A program made the translations under genes and the position numbers. From NCBI GenBank assembly GCA_032250835.1, contig JAVVEA010000004.1:32001-96000 (forward strand): a stretch of 64,000 nt of DNA. The letters run 5' to 3'. This document shows, piece after piece, positions 48,911 to 58,226 of the stretch (position 1 is the stretch's first letter; the number at the start of each line of letters is the position of its first letter). The notes beneath the pieces were generated by a model that saw only the letters and a program-made list of their open reading frames with translations, was not told the DNA's origin and did no database searches. Source of the stretch: a bacterium. GTDB lineage: Bacteria > SAR324 > XYD2-FULL-50-16.

Positions 48911-48960
48911 ACTATATAGGGACTTTAAGACGAAACTCAATCCAGCAAGAGTGATCACAG

Positions 48961-49023
48961 TTCTAGGTTCTAGGTTCTAGGTTCTAGGTTCTAGGTTCTA
49001 GGTTCTAGGTTCTAGGTTCTAGG
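48961..49023 (+). repeat. Tandem heptamer (TTCTAGG)x9
   Basis: Nine perfect copies counted directly. Confidence 0.98.
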
Positions 49024-49052
49024 GAGCATAAAGCTTTGGTTGGTTAATAGCT

Positions 49053-49336
49053 ATGGGATTACTTTCTTTGGCTGGCAAAGAAAGTAACAAAGAAACCAGC
49101 CCCCAAATGGCTCGCCGCTAAGAGCCCCTACGCCTCACTCCGCTAAAATGCCAAACTCGCCCCGCCAAGCAGCACCGAACGAAGTGAGGGCTGCGGGCGT
49201 AGCGACGCGAGCTGGCGAGTGTTGCTCATGTAAGCCGTCGGCGAAGCCGACTCCCTAACGCTCGAAGCTCGAACAGGTGGCATTTTGGCCGCTACGCTTC
49301 GGCTAGGGGCTCTAAGCGGCTCACCAACGGGGGAAC
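49053..49336 (+). repeat. Repeat family 1 unit A, carrying a ~96-nt family-2 insert (49163-49258)
   Basis: Aligns end to end with reverse complement of 49661-49851 apart from the insert. Confidence 0.85.
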
Positions 49337-49396
49337 TTTAAAGCCCCTTGCTACGAGGGTTTTGGGGAGCACTAAGCCCTTGTTAGGTTAAAAGTG

Positions 49397-49583
49397 ATGG
49401 GACTACTTTTTTGGCTCACTAAGGAGCTTCGAGGCCGTAGGCCGAGGGCGACGTGTGTGACGACGCGAGCCAGCGGCGGTTGCGCATCCTAAACCGTTGG
49501 CGAAGCCAACCCCCAACGAAAAAGTAGCAAAAAAACCAGCCCCCAAGTGGCTCACCGTTAAGAGCCAGTACGCCAACGGGGAG
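49397..49583 (+). repeat. Repeat family 1 unit B (internally deleted), carrying a ~100-nt family-2 insert (49417-49516)
   Basis: ATGGGACTACTTTTTTGGCT...GAAAAAGTAGCAAAAAAACCAGCCCCCAAGTGGCTC. Confidence 0.8.
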
Positions 49584-49660
49584 ATCATAAAAGCCCTAAA
49601 AATCAGGGGACCGTTAGTTTTTTGCAGCGGGAAACCCAAAGCTTGCGGTGTAGGGCATTT

Positions 49661-49851
49661 GGGTTCCCTTTGGCGAGCGGCCTAGAGCCCCTAGCCGAAG
49701 CGAGCGTTAAAAAAGCCAAACTGTTCGAGCTTCGAGCGCAGCGAGGGCGAGTTTTTGGCTTTTAGCGAGTGAGGCGTAGGGGGTCTTGGTCGCGAAGGTG
49801 AGGGCTGGTTTCTTTGCTTCTTTCTTTGCCAGCCAAAGAAAGAAGTCCCAT
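49661..49851 (-). repeat. Repeat family 1 unit C, uninterrupted ~190 nt, inverted
   Basis: Reverse complement starts ATGGGACTTCTTTCTTTGGCTGGCAAAGAAAGAAGCAAAGAAACCAGCCC. Confidence 0.85.
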
Positions 49852-49994
49852 CCCTCTATTCTGCCCGGCAGCCTTGTGCCCCCCCTTGGCCCCGAAAAGA
49901 GGGAGTGCTGCTTCGCTTTTGTGTATGTAACGTTCAAAGGCTCGCATTGCTACCCACGCAGCCCTCGGCTTGACGGCCTCAAAGCTGCTTAGCG

Positions 49995-50032
49995 CGGCTA
50001 GGGGCTCTAAGTCGCTTGGCTCAGAGGGAACC
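49995..50032 (+). repeat. Repeat family 1 3'-end fragment
   Basis: CGGCTAGGGGCTCTAAG...GGGAACC. Confidence 0.65.
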
Positions 50033-50199
50033 TAAGACCCATACCCCGCAGGTCTGAGGACTTGGCTAGCTAGAGCGTGGAACGCAAAGATTGTTGGGGA
50101 AGAAAATAAGTGGGGCCGAAGGCCCCATGGCCACCATAACCAGCTATTTTTTGTTTTTCAGGCGAACTTGAGAAAACCCAGAAAGCCCCTAAAGGCAAC

Positions 50200-53100
50200 A
50201 TGAAGACACCCAACCAGCCCTGGGTTGAATGGCTCGGGCACAGCAATTTTAGTTTTTTGCAAGGCGCGGCCCACCCCGAAGAACTGCTGGACCGCGCTCT
50301 CGGCTTTGGTTACCGAGGCTTGGCGCTGACCGACTTCGACGGGCTTTACGGCACCGCCCGGCTTTGGCGTAAATGGCAGGAACGGCGGATGGACCGGCCC
50401 GAATTGGGGGCTTTCCAACTCTTTACGGGTGCCGAGGTCCATCTGAAGGCCGACCAAGACCGGCCCCTGTTGTTGCAAGAAACCCTGGCGCTGGTTGCGC
50501 TGGATGCCGAAGGCTACCACCAACTCTGCCGCCTGATCAGCCGGAGCCATTTGCAGGGCGGTAAACACCGGGCCCAAGTGGACTTGGCCGACCTATTGGC
50601 CACCCCGCCCCAAGGCTTAGCGGTGATCCAGCCGATGCGCGGGGCGCTCCGCCAAGGCAACGGAGAACCCAGCGCCGAGTTGATTGCCCGGCTGGGGGCG
50701 CTACGCGAACACTTTGGCGAGCGGTTTTTTCTGGCCCTAAGCCGCCACCTGCACGCCGCCGAAGACCGCTGGATAACGCCTACCCTGGCCCTAAGCCGCC
50801 ACCTGGGGGCTCGTCGGCTCTGTGCCCAAGACCCCTTTTTCGCCTCACCGGACCAAAAGGACCTCTCGGACTTGGTTTTGGCCATGGGGGCGAACCGTCC
50901 GATTGCCCAAATTCCGGGGCGTCTCTTCCCCAATGCCCGCCGTTGTTTGCACTCCCCCGAAGCACTGGCCAAGCTCTATAGCGGCCTGCCCGATTATGAG
51001 CAGATGCGGGAACACTCCGCCGAATTAGCCGACCAACTCAACTTCGATTTAGGCCAACTGCGATACCGTTACCCCAAGGAGATGATCCCCCAAGGCCACA
51101 GCCCCCAAAGTTACCTAGAAGAGCAGGCCCGCCAAGCCGCCGCCCGCTTGCCTAGCTCCGTAGGGGAGCAGATCGAACGGGAATTGGGGCTGATCGCCCA
51201 TTTGGGCTTTGCTGACTACTTCTTGACCGTCTGGGATATTGTCTCCTGGGCGCGGTCCCAGGGGATTGTTTGCCAAGGGCGCGGCAGTGCGGCGAACAGC
51301 GCGGTTTGTTATGCCTTGGGCATCACGGCGGTGAACCCCGCCAAGTTTGACCTGCTCTTTGAGCGGTTTATCTCCATCGAGCGCGGCGACCCGCCGGATA
51401 TTGATGTGGATTTTGAAAACGCCCGGCGTGAGGAGGTGATCCAGTACGTATACCGGCGTTATGGTCGCCAGCGGGCGGCGATGGTCTGCAATGTGGTCAC
51501 CTTCCGGGGGAGGGGCGCGCTGCGGTTTTCGGGCAAGGCCTTGGGCGTACCCGAGCCGATTTTAGACCGCGCCGCCAAGCGTAGTAAGACCTTAGAATTC
51601 CGCTCCCAGCCCAGAGGCTACCTGTTAGGGAGACTCAAAGAAGAGCTGGCTGCCGAAGGGGTGGGCATGCCCGAGCACCTCTGGGGCCTTTGGGAGCGCA
51701 TGTCCAACCGGCTCAAGGGAGCGCCCCGGCACCTTTCGATCCACTCAGGGGGCTTTATGCTCAGCGACCAAGCCATCGACCGCTTGGTGCCCCAAGAACC
51801 GGCCAGCATGCCGGGGCGCAGCGTGATCCAGTGGTGCAAGGACGACCTAGAGGCGCTGGGCTTTTTTAAGATCGACCTCTTGGCGCTGGGCATGTTGACC
51901 GCTGCCCGTAAGTCCTTTGACCTGATCGAGCGGCACTACGGGCGGGCCATGGAGCTTAAGGACATCCCCCAGGACGACCCCGCCACCTACGAGATGATCC
52001 GCCGGGCCGACACCATCGGCGTCTTCCAGATCGAGTCGGCCGCCCAGCGCGCCAGCCTGCCTTCGCTGGCGCCCCAGCATTTTTACGATCTGGTGGTGCA
52101 GGTGGCGATCATCCGGCCCGGCCCGATTTTGGCGGGGGTGAAGCACCCTTATATGCGCCGCCGCAACGGCTTAGAACCGGTTGCCTACCCACACCCGAAG
52201 CTGGAGCCCATCTTAAAGCGCACCTTCGGCACCATCATCTTCCAAGAGCAACTGATGCGTGTGGCTATGGCGGTGGGTAATTTTACGCCCGGCGAAGCGG
52301 ATCTGATCCGCAAGTCCATCGGCGGTTTTTCCTCGACCGGCAACCTCTCGCGCTGGCTACATAAGTTGATTGAAGGGATGGTACAAAATGGGATCGAGCC
52401 GCGCTTCATCAACGAGGTGATGTTGCAGATTCAAGGCTTTGCTAGTTATGGCTTCCCCGAAAGCCATGCGGCGAGCTTTGCGCTGCTGGCCTACGCCACC
52501 TCTTGGCTGAAGTGTCATTATCCGGCGGCCTTTTTTGCAGGGCTGCTCAATTCCCAGCCTATGGGTTTTTATGCGCCAGATACGCTGATCAAGACCGCCG
52601 CCAAGGCGGGGGTGGAGATCCGGCCTATTTCGGTCCGGTATTCGGGCTGGGAGGCGGATTTGGAGCGGAGCGAGAGCGGGCCTTTGGCGCTGCGTTTGGG
52701 GATGAACGGGGTCAAGGGGTTGAGCGAGTCGGTGGCCCGGCGGATTGTGGCCGCGCGGAGCCCGGCAGCTCCTTGGCGGCGGCTGGAAGACTTTTTGGCC
52801 CAGGTGCCGCTGGAGCGCGACCAACTCAGCGCCTTGGCGGCGGCCAACGCCCTGGCCGATCTGGGGGCCCAGCGGCGTCCCGCGCTCTGGCGGGCCGAGG
52901 CCCCGCTTTATGACCATAGGCTCAGCTACCTACCCCACCCGGCCGAAGTAGAGGCCCCGGTGCCCTTTGGCCTTGAGGGGGAAATGGAGGCAGTGGAGCT
53001 GGACTACCGCGCCACCGGAACCAGCCTGGGTCGGCATATGGCCGAGCTGATCAAGGAACAGGCCTGGGTCTATCCGGTACCCACCGAGCAACTGGCCGGT

Positions 53101-53460
53101 TTTGGCCAGTTGGACCGCTTCCGCCCCGGTGCCTTGGTGCCGGTCTTTGGGATGGTGCTGGTCAAGCAGTCGCCCGGTACGGCCAAGGGGATGTTGTTCA
53201 TCACCTTAGAAGACGAGGCGGGCACCCTGCAATTAGCGGTAACGCCTCAGGTTTACGCCCTATTTGCTTCGGTTATCGACCGGCAATCCTTTCTTTGTGC
53301 CTATGGGAAACTGCAAGTCCGCGACGGGAGTTACGCCCTGTTGGCCACCCGGTTCTTTGATCCAGACCACCAGTTGGCCAGGGTATTACCGCTGAAGGAC
53401 CAGCGACGCTTGGCCTCGGCCCAGGAAAACCCCTTCAAGGGGATAAGAAGCTATATGTAA
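50200..53460 (+). CDS. dnaE2: Error-prone DNA polymerase DnaE2 (ImuC)
   Basis: SNFSFL.GA.HPEEL, QGRGSAANSAVCY, PPDIDVDFE, GFPESHAASFA, NSQPMGFY. Confidence 0.96.
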   Translation: MKTPNQPWVEWLGHSNFSFLQGAAHPEELLDRALGFGYRGLALTDFDGLYGTARLWRKWQERRMDRPELGAFQLFTGAEVHLKADQDRPLLLQETLALVALDAEGYHQLCRLISRSHLQGGKHRAQVDLADLLATPPQGLAVIQPMRGALRQGNGEPSAELIARLGALREHFGERFFLALSRHLHAAEDRWITPTLALSRHLGARRLCAQDPFFASPDQKDLSDLVLAMGANRPIAQIPGRLFPNARRCLHSPEALAKLYSGLPDYEQMREHSAELADQLNFDLGQLRYRYPKEMIPQGHSPQSYLEEQARQAAARLPSSVGEQIERELGLIAHLGFADYFLTVWDIVSWARSQGIVCQGRGSAANSAVCYALGITAVNPAKFDLLFERFISIERGDPPDIDVDFENARREEVIQYVYRRYGRQRAAMVCNVVTFRGRGALRFSGKALGVPEPILDRAAKRSKTLEFRSQPRGYLLGRLKEELAAEGVGMPEHLWGLWERMSNRLKGAPRHLSIHSGGFMLSDQAIDRLVPQEPASMPGRSVIQWCKDDLEALGFFKIDLLALGMLTAARKSFDLIERHYGRAMELKDIPQDDPATYEMIRRADTIGVFQIESAAQRASLPSLAPQHFYDLVVQVAIIRPGPILAGVKHPYMRRRNGLEPVAYPHPKLEPILKRTFGTIIFQEQLMRVAMAVGNFTPGEADLIRKSIGGFSSTGNLSRWLHKLIEGMVQNGIEPRFINEVMLQIQGFASYGFPESHAASFALLAYATSWLKCHYPAAFFAGLLNSQPMGFYAPDTLIKTAAKAGVEIRPISVRYSGWEADLERSESGPLALRLGMNGVKGLSESVARRIVAARSPAAPWRRLEDFLAQVPLERDQLSALAAANALADLGAQRRPALWRAEAPLYDHRLSYLPHPAEVEAPVPFGLEGEMEAVELDYRATGTSLGRHMAELIKEQAWVYPVPTEQLAGFGQLDRFRPGALVPVFGMVLVKQSPGTAKGMLFITLEDEAGTLQLAVTPQVYALFASVIDRQSFLCAYGKLQVRDGSYALLATRFFDPDHQLARVLPLKDQRRLASAQENPFKGIRSYM

Positions 53461-53548
53461 TATTTAGTACAATAAGCTAAGGAAAAGTCCCGAAGGAAAA
53501 TAGCGTCAGGGACTTACCGGATTGCCTAGTTGCGTTTAAGGTGGCAAA

Positions 53549-55279
53549 GTGAAAGCGAAAGGAATGTCCCAGGAGGAGGGGGCCCCCATGTTAGCAGCGG
53601 CGATCTTACCAGCCAGCAAGAAAAAGAAGGCGGAGCAGTTGGTGATCGAAGGTCTGGTTAAGTTAGACAACCAGAACAACGATCAAGCCAGGCAAAGCTT
53701 CCGTCAGGCCATTTTATTGGGCCGTGAAAAGATTGCGCCTTATATGCTCAACCTCTTCAACGGCTTCATGCAAAACCAGCGCTGGCCCGACGCACTGGCC
53801 ATCGGCAAGCCTCTATCCACCTTCTTCGAACAGGACCCTAAGCTCTATAACCAGCTAGGCAACCTGTACCGCCGCCTGGGTGAGTTCGAAGAGGCCCAAA
53901 AACACTACAAAAAATCGATCCAGATCAACAAAAAATTTGATCTGCCCTACCTCAATCTGGCGGCCTTGGGGGCCAAGGTGGACGCCTTTGATGAGGACAT
54001 CAAGCCGCTGATCGAGCGGTTTAAGAAGATCAAAGAATTTGTTTTGCCCCAGTATGAAGGCGGGCGCAACATGTTGGGCCTGTTGGCGCGCGAGGTCTTG
54101 GTCGAGATGGGCGACCCCCACGCGCTAGAAGCTAATGAGCCCGCCCAACTGGTTGAGTTGGCCGATATTGAAGAGATGGTCGAGGCGTTACAAAACCGTG
54201 CCTTAGAGGCGTTGGACATGGCCACCGATAGCATCGGCATTGAGGCGGCGAACAAACATTTGGCCAACTTGGTGATCTATTCGCTGCACCATAAAAAGCT
54301 AGAGCACGCCCAGGATGGGCTCAAGCATATGGAGCGCATCGGCATCACCTACCATTACGCCCAACTGCTGCGGGCCATCTATCTAGCCTACCGCGACGAG
54401 CTTGAAGAGGCCGCCCTGATTTTACGGGCCGAACAGGCGGCCAAGCCGATGGACCGATACTATGCGACCAATCTAGGCCTCGTCTACCGCCTGATGAAGC
54501 GCCACCACCAAGCCAGCGTCTTCTTGATCCGGGCTGGGCATTTGCTTAAAATGTCCCATGGTTTTTATTCCGGCGAAGAGATCGAGCGGTTGGCTCGGGA
54601 ATTTTACCAGGAACGTAAATTCCAAGAGGCCTTGGGCCTGTTCCAGATCATCGCCCAAACCGAACCAGAACCGCGTATTTGGCGGGCCATGGCGCGTTGT
54701 TCTTACTTCCAGCAGCGCTTCGGTCAGTCTTATAAGCTGATGAAAGACGGTCTAGAGCAGACCCCAGCAGAGCAAAGGCCTGAATATGAAGCCAAGGCCC
54801 AGGCTTTTTATCTCGAAGAGGCCACCAAAGCGGCCCAGTCAAAGCGCGGTGATAAGGTATTGACGCTGATCGAATATGCCCTGCACTTCAAACGCGACCC
54901 CGAAGGGCTGCTGCAAGCCAGCAAGCTGGCCTACCAAGTCAGCGACAGCTTTAAGTCGGCGGCTTATTTAGAGGAATACCACGAACTGCTGGGCAACGAC
55001 AAAGTGGACCAGCGAGAACAAAAGCGGTTGCGTTACATCCAATTGGCCAAAGAATATTTGGCTAAAAAGGAATACCAATCGGCGATCCACCACTTTGAGT
55101 TGGCCTTTGACATGAAGTTGGACAAAGACGTCTTTGTCTTCCTCGCTTCCATCTACAAACGATTTAAACACCAACGGGCCTTGACTAGCTTAATGCAACG
55201 TTGGAAGTGGATGCTTGAACAAGAAAAAGAGCGCCAAATGGCCGCCGAAATGCGCGCCACCAACGAGGCCAGCGAATAG
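53549..55279 (+). CDS. TPR-repeat protein (paralogue of 27037-28833); alternative start ATG 53588
   Basis: LYNQLGNLYRRLGEFEEAQKHYKKSI and further TPRs. Confidence 0.85.
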   Translation: MKAKGMSQEEGAPMLAAAILPASKKKKAEQLVIEGLVKLDNQNNDQARQSFRQAILLGREKIAPYMLNLFNGFMQNQRWPDALAIGKPLSTFFEQDPKLYNQLGNLYRRLGEFEEAQKHYKKSIQINKKFDLPYLNLAALGAKVDAFDEDIKPLIERFKKIKEFVLPQYEGGRNMLGLLAREVLVEMGDPHALEANEPAQLVELADIEEMVEALQNRALEALDMATDSIGIEAANKHLANLVIYSLHHKKLEHAQDGLKHMERIGITYHYAQLLRAIYLAYRDELEEAALILRAEQAAKPMDRYYATNLGLVYRLMKRHHQASVFLIRAGHLLKMSHGFYSGEEIERLAREFYQERKFQEALGLFQIIAQTEPEPRIWRAMARCSYFQQRFGQSYKLMKDGLEQTPAEQRPEYEAKAQAFYLEEATKAAQSKRGDKVLTLIEYALHFKRDPEGLLQASKLAYQVSDSFKSAAYLEEYHELLGNDKVDQREQKRLRYIQLAKEYLAKKEYQSAIHHFELAFDMKLDKDVFVFLASIYKRFKHQRALTSLMQRWKWMLEQEKERQMAAEMRATNEASE

Positions 55280-55398
55280 GCCATCGGCTTAGGCCTCAAG
55301 AACCTAGACAAGGGACTATAAACCTTTTACCTTCAATTTGACCTGCCCAATGCGCCTAACCGCATGTTGGCAACCTGTTGAATTGATATATTAAGTCC

Positions 55399-55896
55399 AT
55401 GTCTCAACCGACCGATATCCCTGCCGAACGCTACGATCTGCGCATTCTCCAATCGCTGCGCCGCATCATCCACGCGGTGGACCAACATTCCAAAAAACTA
55501 AAATCCCAGACGGACCTGACCGCGCCCCAGTTGGTTTGCTTGGGCCAAATTGCCGCCCAAGGGCCTGTGAGTGTTGCTCATTTGGCCAAGGCGGTCTTTT
55601 TGAGCGCCAGTACCGTAGTGGGCATATTGGACCGCTTGGAGCTTAAAGGGTTGGTGCAACGTGCACGCGACCTTAAAGACCGCCGGGTGGTTTGGGTCAG
55701 TTTGACTGAGGCTGGCCAAAGCTTCGCTAAGACCGCGCCTTCCCCCCTGCAAGACAAACTTTCAGACCGCTTAGGGGATTTGCAGCGGGACCAGCAATTG
55801 GCTATTTGCCAGTCCTTAGAGCGGATCGTTGAATTGATGGAAGCCACCGGCATCGACGCTTCGCCTCTGCTGATCACCGAAAAAAAACCCAGCTGA
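55399..55896 (+). CDS. MarR family regulator
   Basis: LTAPQL, STVVGILDRLE.KGLV.R....DRR...V.LT..G. Confidence 0.93.
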   Translation: MSQPTDIPAERYDLRILQSLRRIIHAVDQHSKKLKSQTDLTAPQLVCLGQIAAQGPVSVAHLAKAVFLSASTVVGILDRLELKGLVQRARDLKDRRVVWVSLTEAGQSFAKTAPSPLQDKLSDRLGDLQRDQQLAICQSLERIVELMEATGIDASPLLITEKKPS

Positions 55897-56044
55897 AAGG
55901 GGGCGATAACATGGCCGGATTTCAAGGAGCGGGCGGCTTCAAACCCTGTAGCCGCTAAATAGCGCCAGGCCAATAAGTCATTAGAAGCTAATAATACCAA
56001 ACAGATGAGTGATTTGTATTAAACCCAATGGATCTAAGGCCCTG

Positions 56045-57175
56045 ATGCAAGACGGAATTTTCCTAATCCAAAAAGGTGGGGAACTGCTTAAGCTCCAAGC
56101 AGCGGACTACGACACCGAAGATGTTTTGCAGGCCCTGCTTGCCAAGTATCCCGAGTTGATCCCAGGTGAGCAGATCAACGGAACCGACCCGCGTAGGTGG
56201 CTTTTGATTGACCGCGAAGTGGGCGTTCCTGGCGAGGAAAAAGGAGGTAATCGCTGGGCCTTGGATCATCTTTTTGTGGACCAAGACGCTATCCCTACCC
56301 TTATTGAGATCAAGCGTAGTAGTGACACCCGCATCCGCCGCGAGGTGGTGGGGCAAATGCTCGACTATGCGGCCAACGCCGTGGTTTACTGGCCCATCGA
56401 GAAAATCCGTTCTACCTTCGAGACCCGTTGCGCAGCTGAGGGCGCTGAGCCGGAAGAGGTTTTGAGCGGTTTTCTTGGTAGCGAAGAAACCGAAACCTTC
56501 TGGGAGCAGCTAGCCACCAACCTAGGGGCGGGAAAAGTCCGACTGCTGTTTGTTGCGGACCAAATCCCTGATGAGCTCAAGCGCATCGTTGAGTTCCTCA
56601 ACGAGCAAATGAGCCCCGCCGAAGTGCTGGCCGTAGCGATCCCTCAATATGTGGGCGAAGGGCTGCAAACCTTGGTGCCCCAGGTGATCGGCAAGACCGC
56701 CAAGGGCACGGACCGGAAGGCCCGCCGCCGGACCGGTGGGAACAAGTGGGATGAAGACAGCTTTTTCGATGCTATCACGGCCACTAGAGGCCCCGAAGAA
56801 GCAGGTATTGCCCGAGAGCTATTGAACTGGATTGGAACCTTGGTATCCCGCATTTGGTGGGGCGAAGGCAGCCAAACGGGCTCTTTCGTGCCCGTATTGG
56901 AGCATGGAGGAAAGAAGCACTACCCCTTTAGCGCCTGGACCTCGGGCAAGCTCGAAATCCCCTTTAGCTCCCATAAGGCCAAACCACCTTTTGAAAATGA
57001 GACTTTACGCCAAGAGCTCAAGGAACGTTTTGACCGCATCCCTAGCGTTGAAATCCCCCCGGACAAGATTGGCGCAAACCCCGGCATTCCTATGGAAAAG
57101 CTATTAACACCCGATGGATTGGCCGCCTTTAAGCAAGCCGTTGTCTGGTATATTGAGCAAGTTAAGCGGAGCTAA
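56045..57175 (+). CDS. NucS-like PD-(D/E)XK nuclease domain protein
   Basis: E..LQ.LL, LDHLFVD....PTLIEIKR, REVVGQMLDYA. Confidence 0.75.
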   Translation: MQDGIFLIQKGGELLKLQAADYDTEDVLQALLAKYPELIPGEQINGTDPRRWLLIDREVGVPGEEKGGNRWALDHLFVDQDAIPTLIEIKRSSDTRIRREVVGQMLDYAANAVVYWPIEKIRSTFETRCAAEGAEPEEVLSGFLGSEETETFWEQLATNLGAGKVRLLFVADQIPDELKRIVEFLNEQMSPAEVLAVAIPQYVGEGLQTLVPQVIGKTAKGTDRKARRRTGGNKWDEDSFFDAITATRGPEEAGIARELLNWIGTLVSRIWWGEGSQTGSFVPVLEHGGKKHYPFSAWTSGKLEIPFSSHKAKPPFENETLRQELKERFDRIPSVEIPPDKIGANPGIPMEKLLTPDGLAAFKQAVVWYIEQVKRS

Positions 57176-57320
57176 ACAAACCCTTTTCCTGGCAGGCCCC
57201 AAGGCGGAGCCTACATGTCTGCGGGATGCCTCGAATCTTAAGGCTTAGCGGTCAAAAAGCTTGAGTCAGGCTGGTCTATTAGGTAAGATGAGTTTGCACC
57301 CATCTTGCCCGTAAGAGAAT

Positions 57321-58226
57321 ATGCGCCCGATCTTGATCATCGACGACAGCCCGTCGGTCCAAAATATTCTAAAACGCCTGTTGTCCCCCTTGGAGCGGCC
57401 CATTCAGCTGGCCAGCAACGGGGTCGAGGGGTTGCGTGCCGCGGCTAGTGATTTTCCGGGCTTGATTACCTTGGACCTAAACATGCCCCAGCTCAATGGG
57501 GCTTCGGTACTCAAGGCGATGGACCTGCTCAACTTACGCATTCCGGTGTTGTTGATCACGGGCTCGGCGGTATCGGCCGGAAAGTTCCAGCGCTTTTCGA
57601 ATCTCGCCGGGTTTTGCCTTAAGTCCGAGTTGCGCGAACGGCTCTTACCGATGGCTCAAGAGGCGCTTAAAGACGACCGCAGCCGCATCTATGCGGATCT
57701 AGATTTCCCTTTAGACCAAGACGAATTGTTTTCTTTGCTGGCCCCGCGCGAGCGCAAGCGGATTTTGTTGGTCGATGATTCCCAGACCATGCTCAACCTA
57801 TTCACCCGCGAACTTTCGCGCACCGGCTTATACGATCTCTTTACGGCCCACAACGGGCAAGAGGGCTTGATGAAAGCGGCGATGCTGCGCCCCGACCTGA
57901 TCCTCTGCGATGTGGACATGCCCCAATTGGACGGTCCTTCGATGGCCCAGATGCTGTATATCATGGGCCACCCCTTCCCCATTTTGTTTATCAGCGCCAT
58001 CCAGGACCGCGAAGTGGTCGAGCGGGCCCGTAGCCTCAAGGCGGTGCAGGGTTATTTGGATAAAGAGCGGTTGTTGTCAGAACCCGAAGAATTACACCGC
58101 CAGCTAGAAAGTTTCTTAAAGATCGGGGAAGCCGAGCGGGTCGCCTGGAATCAGGCCTACCAAAAAGTGGATTTGGACCGCTTGGTACGGGCCGTTCAAG
58201 GTGGCTTGATTGAGGAGATGCCATGA
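57321..58226 (+). CDS. Tandem receiver (REC-REC) protein
   Basis: IIDDS/LDLNMP and LVDDS/CDVDMP; no output domain. Confidence 0.88.
   Translation: MRPILIIDDSPSVQNILKRLLSPLERPIQLASNGVEGLRAAASDFPGLITLDLNMPQLNGASVLKAMDLLNLRIPVLLITGSAVSAGKFQRFSNLAGFCLKSELRERLLPMAQEALKDDRSRIYADLDFPLDQDELFSLLAPRERKRILLVDDSQTMLNLFTRELSRTGLYDLFTAHNGQEGLMKAAMLRPDLILCDVDMPQLDGPSMAQMLYIMGHPFPILFISAIQDREVVERARSLKAVQGYLDKERLLSEPEELHRQLESFLKIGEAERVAWNQAYQKVDLDRLVRAVQGGLIEEMP

Noticed and set aside
49403-49992. Short ORFs within the repeat cluster
   Set aside because: They are translations of palindromic repeats and lack RBS or protein-like features.
48961-50032. CRISPR array or group II intron between imuB and dnaE2
   Set aside because: No repeat-spacer periodicity, no recognisable domain V or intron ends, no RT ORF.
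55399-55896. Calling the MarR gene ectR
   Set aside because: It resembles EctR-type regulators but no ectoine genes are in the window.
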